Shown here: piece by piece, positions 60,753 to 64,000 of the stretch
Layout of the letters: each line of letters starts with the position of its first letter
Numbering within the stretch: position 1 is the first letter of the stretch
Source of the DNA: an uncultured Actinomycetes bacterium
Lineage (GTDB): Bacteria; Actinomycetota; Acidimicrobiia; IMCC26256; PALSA-610
Length of the DNA: 64,000 bases
Assembly: GCA_963745645.1 (NCBI GenBank)
Contig: CAVUYD010000004.1
Span: 428,010 to 492,009 of the forward strand
Direction: 5' to 3'
Program-made: the position numbers and the translations under genes
The notes under the pieces: model-generated
Seen by the model: the letters and a program-made list of their open reading frames with translations, nothing else
Databases searched by the model: none
What the model was told of the DNA's origin: nothing

Positions 60753-60802
60753 CGCGTTTGGAGATTCCGCGTCGCTATAGCGACCCTCCCGCTCCAAACG
60801 CG
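60753..60802 (+). other. Nested stem-loop immediately downstream of DinB paralog 3 (possible terminator or binding site)
   Basis: The outer stem 'cgcgtttggag' (60753-60763) pairs with 'ctccaaacgcg' (60792-60802). The inner sequence 'gtcgctatagcgac' (60771-60784) is a perfect palindrome with a TATA core. No U-tract follows. Confidence 0.3.
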
Positions 60803-60907
60803 CATGCGCCGGCTCAGGCGAGGGAAGGGTGGGGCGGCAGGTGAGTGTTTTCAGCGGGAGGGTGTGCGGGGGACCGGGAGGTGGGCTGAGGTTGTCATGA
60901 TGGCGGG

Positions 60908-61679
60908 GTGTGGTGTCCGGCGTGCGGCTTCGAGTACCGAACCGGCTTCTCGTGGTGCCCGGACTGCGAGGTCGTGCTGGTCGACAAGCGCCCGGCGCGG
61001 ATCCCGCCGCCGATGGCGGATCACGACCAGCTCGAGTACGACCTGTCGGACTTCACCGCGGAGCGGCGGGAAGCCGTCACGTTCTGGTTGGTGACATCGG
61101 AGATCCCGTTCGAATGGGAACCCGGACGGTCTGCTCGTCGTCCCGAGCAAGTGGCAGCTCGAGGTCGACGCGATCATCGAATCGATGGAGCAGCCCGACG
61201 CCGGTCGCGCGGGCGAGGTGGGGGCGTATCCCGCCGAGATGATCGACGCGGGCCCGCCCGAGCTGGCGAGTCCGGCGCGCCGGCTCGCCGGGTTCCTGAT
61301 CGACTACGTGGTCATCACCGCCGCGGCCGTGATCGCCATCGCGATCTTCGGCATCCGGAGCGCGGGCGTCACCGTGTCGGTCGTGCTCGTCAACACCGTG
61401 TACGAGGTGGGCGGCACGGCCATTTGGGGGCGCACGCTCGGGAAGCTGGTGCTGCACACGGAAGTGGTGCGGCGCGACGGCATCGCGCCGCCCGGCTTCC
61501 GTGTCGCGGTGATCCGCTATCTCGTCGTCGCGCTCGCGCTGCCGCTGCGCTACTTCGGCGGGTTCGGTGGCTGGCTCGGCGTGTGCTGGACCATTGCCGT
61601 GTACGCGCCCATCCTGGGGCGCGAGCGACGCGGACTGCACGACCGCGCCGCCGGCACCGACGTCATCCGGAGCCGGTGA
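60908..61679 (+). pseudogene. Zinc-ribbon / RDD-domain membrane protein; frameshift near 61125
   Basis: The N-terminus 'MWCPACGFEYRTGFSWCPDCEVVLVD' (CxxC...CxxC) is in ORF 60908..61795. The RDD part 'ASPARRLAGFLIDYVVITAAAVIAIAIFG...WGRTLGKLVLHTEVVRRDG...GLHDRAAGTDVI' is in ORF 61185..61679. Confidence 0.7.
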
Positions 61680-61694
61680 CGCGCGGCGCGCGTG

Positions 61695-62488
61695 TCACAG
61701 GTCGATCGTCATGCCCTCGTGCGCGGCGTCGACGCCGGCCGCGGCCGCGATGCGGTCCACCTCGTCGTCGGTGCGCAGCGGGCCGTGGTGGGTGAGGACG
61801 AGCCGGCGGACATGGGCCCGGCCTGCGATCTCGACCGCGTGCTCGACGGTGCCGTGGCCGAACAGCGTTCGGCCCGTTCGGCTTCGGCCGCAACGAACGG
61901 CGCGCCGCGCACGAACAGGTCGACGTCGCGCGCGAGCTCGATGATCGCGTCGTCGTTGTCGTCGAGCGCGTCCGGGACGTACGCGACCGACGCGCCGTCG
62001 CCGGTCGACGCGGTAGCCGAACGTGCGCCCACCCTTGTGGCGCACGTCGCGCGCGACCACTCGGAACTCGCTCGAACTCGTGCGTGCCGGGCTCGAGCCC
62101 TCGATGAACTTCCAGCGCCGCGCAAGCCGTCGGGCCGATCGGGAAGTGCGGCGGCGACATCGCCGCGGGCGAGCGTCGCGACCGGATCGCCCTGCGCGGG
62201 CTGCACGAGCGACGACCTCGCGCGTCGTCGCGATCGGCGGGCGGGAAGAACGGCAGCCCCTGCACGTGGTCCCAGTGCAGGTGCGTGAGCAGGATCGTCG
62301 CCGTGGAACGGCGCGTCGCCGAACTCGCGCGTCGAGGCGTCTGGAGCCCGGTACCCGCGTCGAGCACGAGCGCCGGCAGCTCGTCGCCCGCGCGAGATCG
62401 CGACGCACGACGTGTGGCCGCCGACACGCGCGAACTCGGGCCCGGCAACGGGTGTCGACCCGCGCACGCCGCAGAACGTCACCCTCAT
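61695..62488 (-). pseudogene. MBL-fold metallo-hydrolase; many frameshifts
   Basis: 'MRVTFCGVRGSTPVAGPEFARVGGHTSCVAI' (ORF 61709..62488). 'ELPALVLDAGTG...ILLTHLHWDHVQGLPFFPPA' with the HxHxDH motif (ORF 61663..62448). 'LFGHGTVEHAVEIAGRAHVRRLVLTHHGPLRTDDEVDRI' (ORF 61695..62408). At least 4 shifts are needed. Confidence 0.75.
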
Positions 62489-62504
62489 CGATGTCGGCTC
62501 GGCC

Positions 62505-63526
62505 TCACGGGTTCTCTTCGCGCCGGTGCCCCTCGCTCAGCTCGCGCGAGGTGCGTCCGTGTCGATCTGGTCGGCACGCGCGACCGCGACGCGCACCTTG
62601 GCGTGACGGCGCGCAGCGTCGCCGTGCGCCGGCCGCCCTCGAGGATCGCGCGTTCGCCGAGGATCGCGCCCGGCCCGAGCTCGCCGAGCGGCTCGCCGTC
62701 GACCTCGACCGCGAGCACGCCGTCGAGCAACAGGTACAGCTCGTCGCCGAGCTGGCCCTGCTCGACGAGCACGTGGCCTTCCTTCAGCTTGCGGATCGTC
62801 GGCTTCTCGCCGCCGCGCATGATCGTGCGTCGGCGAGCTCGCGCTCGAGCGCGGTCTCGACCGCGGTGACGAGCGCGGGCGAGTCCTCGTCGCCCCACGG
62901 CGTGTGCTTGCCGAACGACGTTGCGCCACCAGTCCTTGAAGTCGGCGAGCCCGGCCTTCGCCGTGAGCTTGCCCTCGTCGTCGTAGATCCAGTGGCGCGG
63001 GAACGGGCTCGCGCCGACCAGCTCCGCACTCGCTGCGCCCGTCGGCGTGCAGCGTGACCGCGAGCGTCGTCCACACGAGTCGGCGCCTCGAACTGCACGA
63101 ACGGCGGATGGTTGACGCGGCGCGGCGCCGGGAGCGCGGTGCGGCCGCCGACCGTCTGCACGAAGCGCGCCGACGTGCCGCTCGATCTCCGGGCTCGCGC
63201 TGGAGCTCGGGGAAGCGCCGGCGCGGCGAAGCGTGCAGCTTCCTTCGTCGCCGAGCCGCACCGTCGTCGCGCCCATCAGCCCGCCGCTGCCGTCGACGTA
63301 ACCCGCGTCGACGATCCGGCCGTCTTCGACCTCGATCCACGCGTGCAGCCGGTTCGCGAACCGGAAGCGGTCGGTCGCGCCGCAGCTCGTCGAGGTCGTC
63401 GATCACGTCGGGCGGCGGCGTCGTCGTAGTGCGCGACACCCGCTCTCGAAGATCGCCTTGTTCAGGCCGGTGACGGCCTCCGACGGGATCCACGACAACG
63501 TGGTGACGGTCGTGTTCGATGCGCAT
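62505..63526 (-). pseudogene. Protein with unknown N-terminal domain and C-terminal cyclic-nucleotide-binding domain; many frameshifts
   Basis: ATG (complement of 63524-63526) follows 'caggaggtcgatc'. cNMP domain: 'IRKLKEGHVLVEQGQLGDELYLLLDGVLAVEVDGEPLGELGPGAILGERAILEGGRRTATLRAVT' (ORF 62485..63276). Upstream pieces in other frames: 'FANRLHAWIEVEDGRIVDAGYVDGSGGLMGATTVRLG', 'VGASPFPRHWIYDDEGKLTAKAGLADFKDWW'. The stop at 62505 lies 17 bp before the MBL start. Confidence 0.65.
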
Positions 63527-63706
63527 GATCGACCTCCTGCGCTCCCCGTGCGTCGATCTCGGCACGGCGACACCTACGTACGCCGAGACCTGCGGATTCT
63601 GCCCGACGACGGGGTGCGCCCGTGTCTCGTGAGGGGTGCCAGCACCACCCGGTCGCGGGGGAGCCCTCCCTTGTGGGTCGCACGAATTCAGGGTCGCAAT
63701 CGCGCC

Positions 63707-64000
63707 GTGACCGACGCGCCTCGGATCACCGTGTTCCTCGCCGACGACTCGCTGCTCGTGCGCGAAGGGCGTGCGGGCGCTGCTCGCCGCTGCAGCCCGA
63801 CCTCGAGGTCGTCGGGCGTCGCCGAGGACTTCGACGGCCTGGTCGACGGGCGCCGACGAGACCGCGCCCGCAGGTCGTCGTCACCGACATCCGCATGCCG
63901 CCGAACTTCCAGAACGAGGGCATCGAGGCGGCCAAGCTCGTGCGCAAGCGCAACCCCGGCACCGGCGTCGTCGTCCTCTCGCAGTACGACGAGCCCGAGT
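63707..64000 (+). pseudogene. NarL/LuxR-type response regulator, receiver domain (3' end beyond window); frame-disrupted
   Basis: From GTG 63707, pieced across frames: 'ITVFLADDSLLVREG', 'LEVVG', 'AEDFDGLVD', 'VVVTDIRMPPNFQNEGIEAAKLVRKRNPGTGVVVLSQYDEPE'. The phospho-acceptor Asp context 'VVTDIRMP' is present. Confidence 0.7.

Overview
This is a very GC-rich segment (about 70% by eye, not computed) of actinobacterial type. The gene order is tig-clpP-clpX ... folC-ndk-mreB-mreC-mreD-PBP2-rodA ... radical-SAM/DUF2344-rne, which suggests a rod-shaped high-GC Actinomycetota member. An Acidimicrobiia-like lineage is only a guess. I can support about 60 protein genes, 2 tRNAs, 3 copies of a tRNA-derived repeat and 1 tandem repeat.

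The left ~8.3 kb looks accessory. It appears to be the distal end of a phage-tail-like / extracellular contractile injection system (eCIS)-type locus. An NHL + P2 gpI-like baseplate gene is bracketed by three paralogous unknown proteins, one of them cysteine-dense with a Lys/Arg-rich repeat tail. Downstream are a DUF4157 (HExxH)-OmpA fusion, a glycine-zipper membrane protein and a small acidic protein. This is my top candidate for an undescribed cargo/effector module.

That region abuts tRNA-Gly(UCC). The 3' 47 nt of this tRNA, plus about 25 nt of flank, occurs three times in direct orientation (8.6, 11.3 and 12.0 kb). These look like stacked att-like scars around two integrase-less islets.

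Other notable items:
- A 14-bp x 9 tandem repeat starts inside the last codons of a 934-aa BNR/Calx-beta secreted protein.
- A TetR / DrrAB-like ABC / MGT-type glycosyltransferase cluster.
- A GT2-GtrA / GtrA / GT39 envelope-glycosylation cassette.
- Three DinB (DUF664) paralogs around a PhyH dioxygenase.

Major caveat: by my reading about two thirds of the genes need one or more frame changes to give the expected protein. These include essential genes (tig, clpP, mreBCD, rne). Some ORFs that look intact (PBP2, rodA) contain compensated out-of-frame segments. The sequence therefore most likely carries many indel errors. Spans of disrupted genes are estimates, and I label them pseudogene only in the as-sequenced sense.
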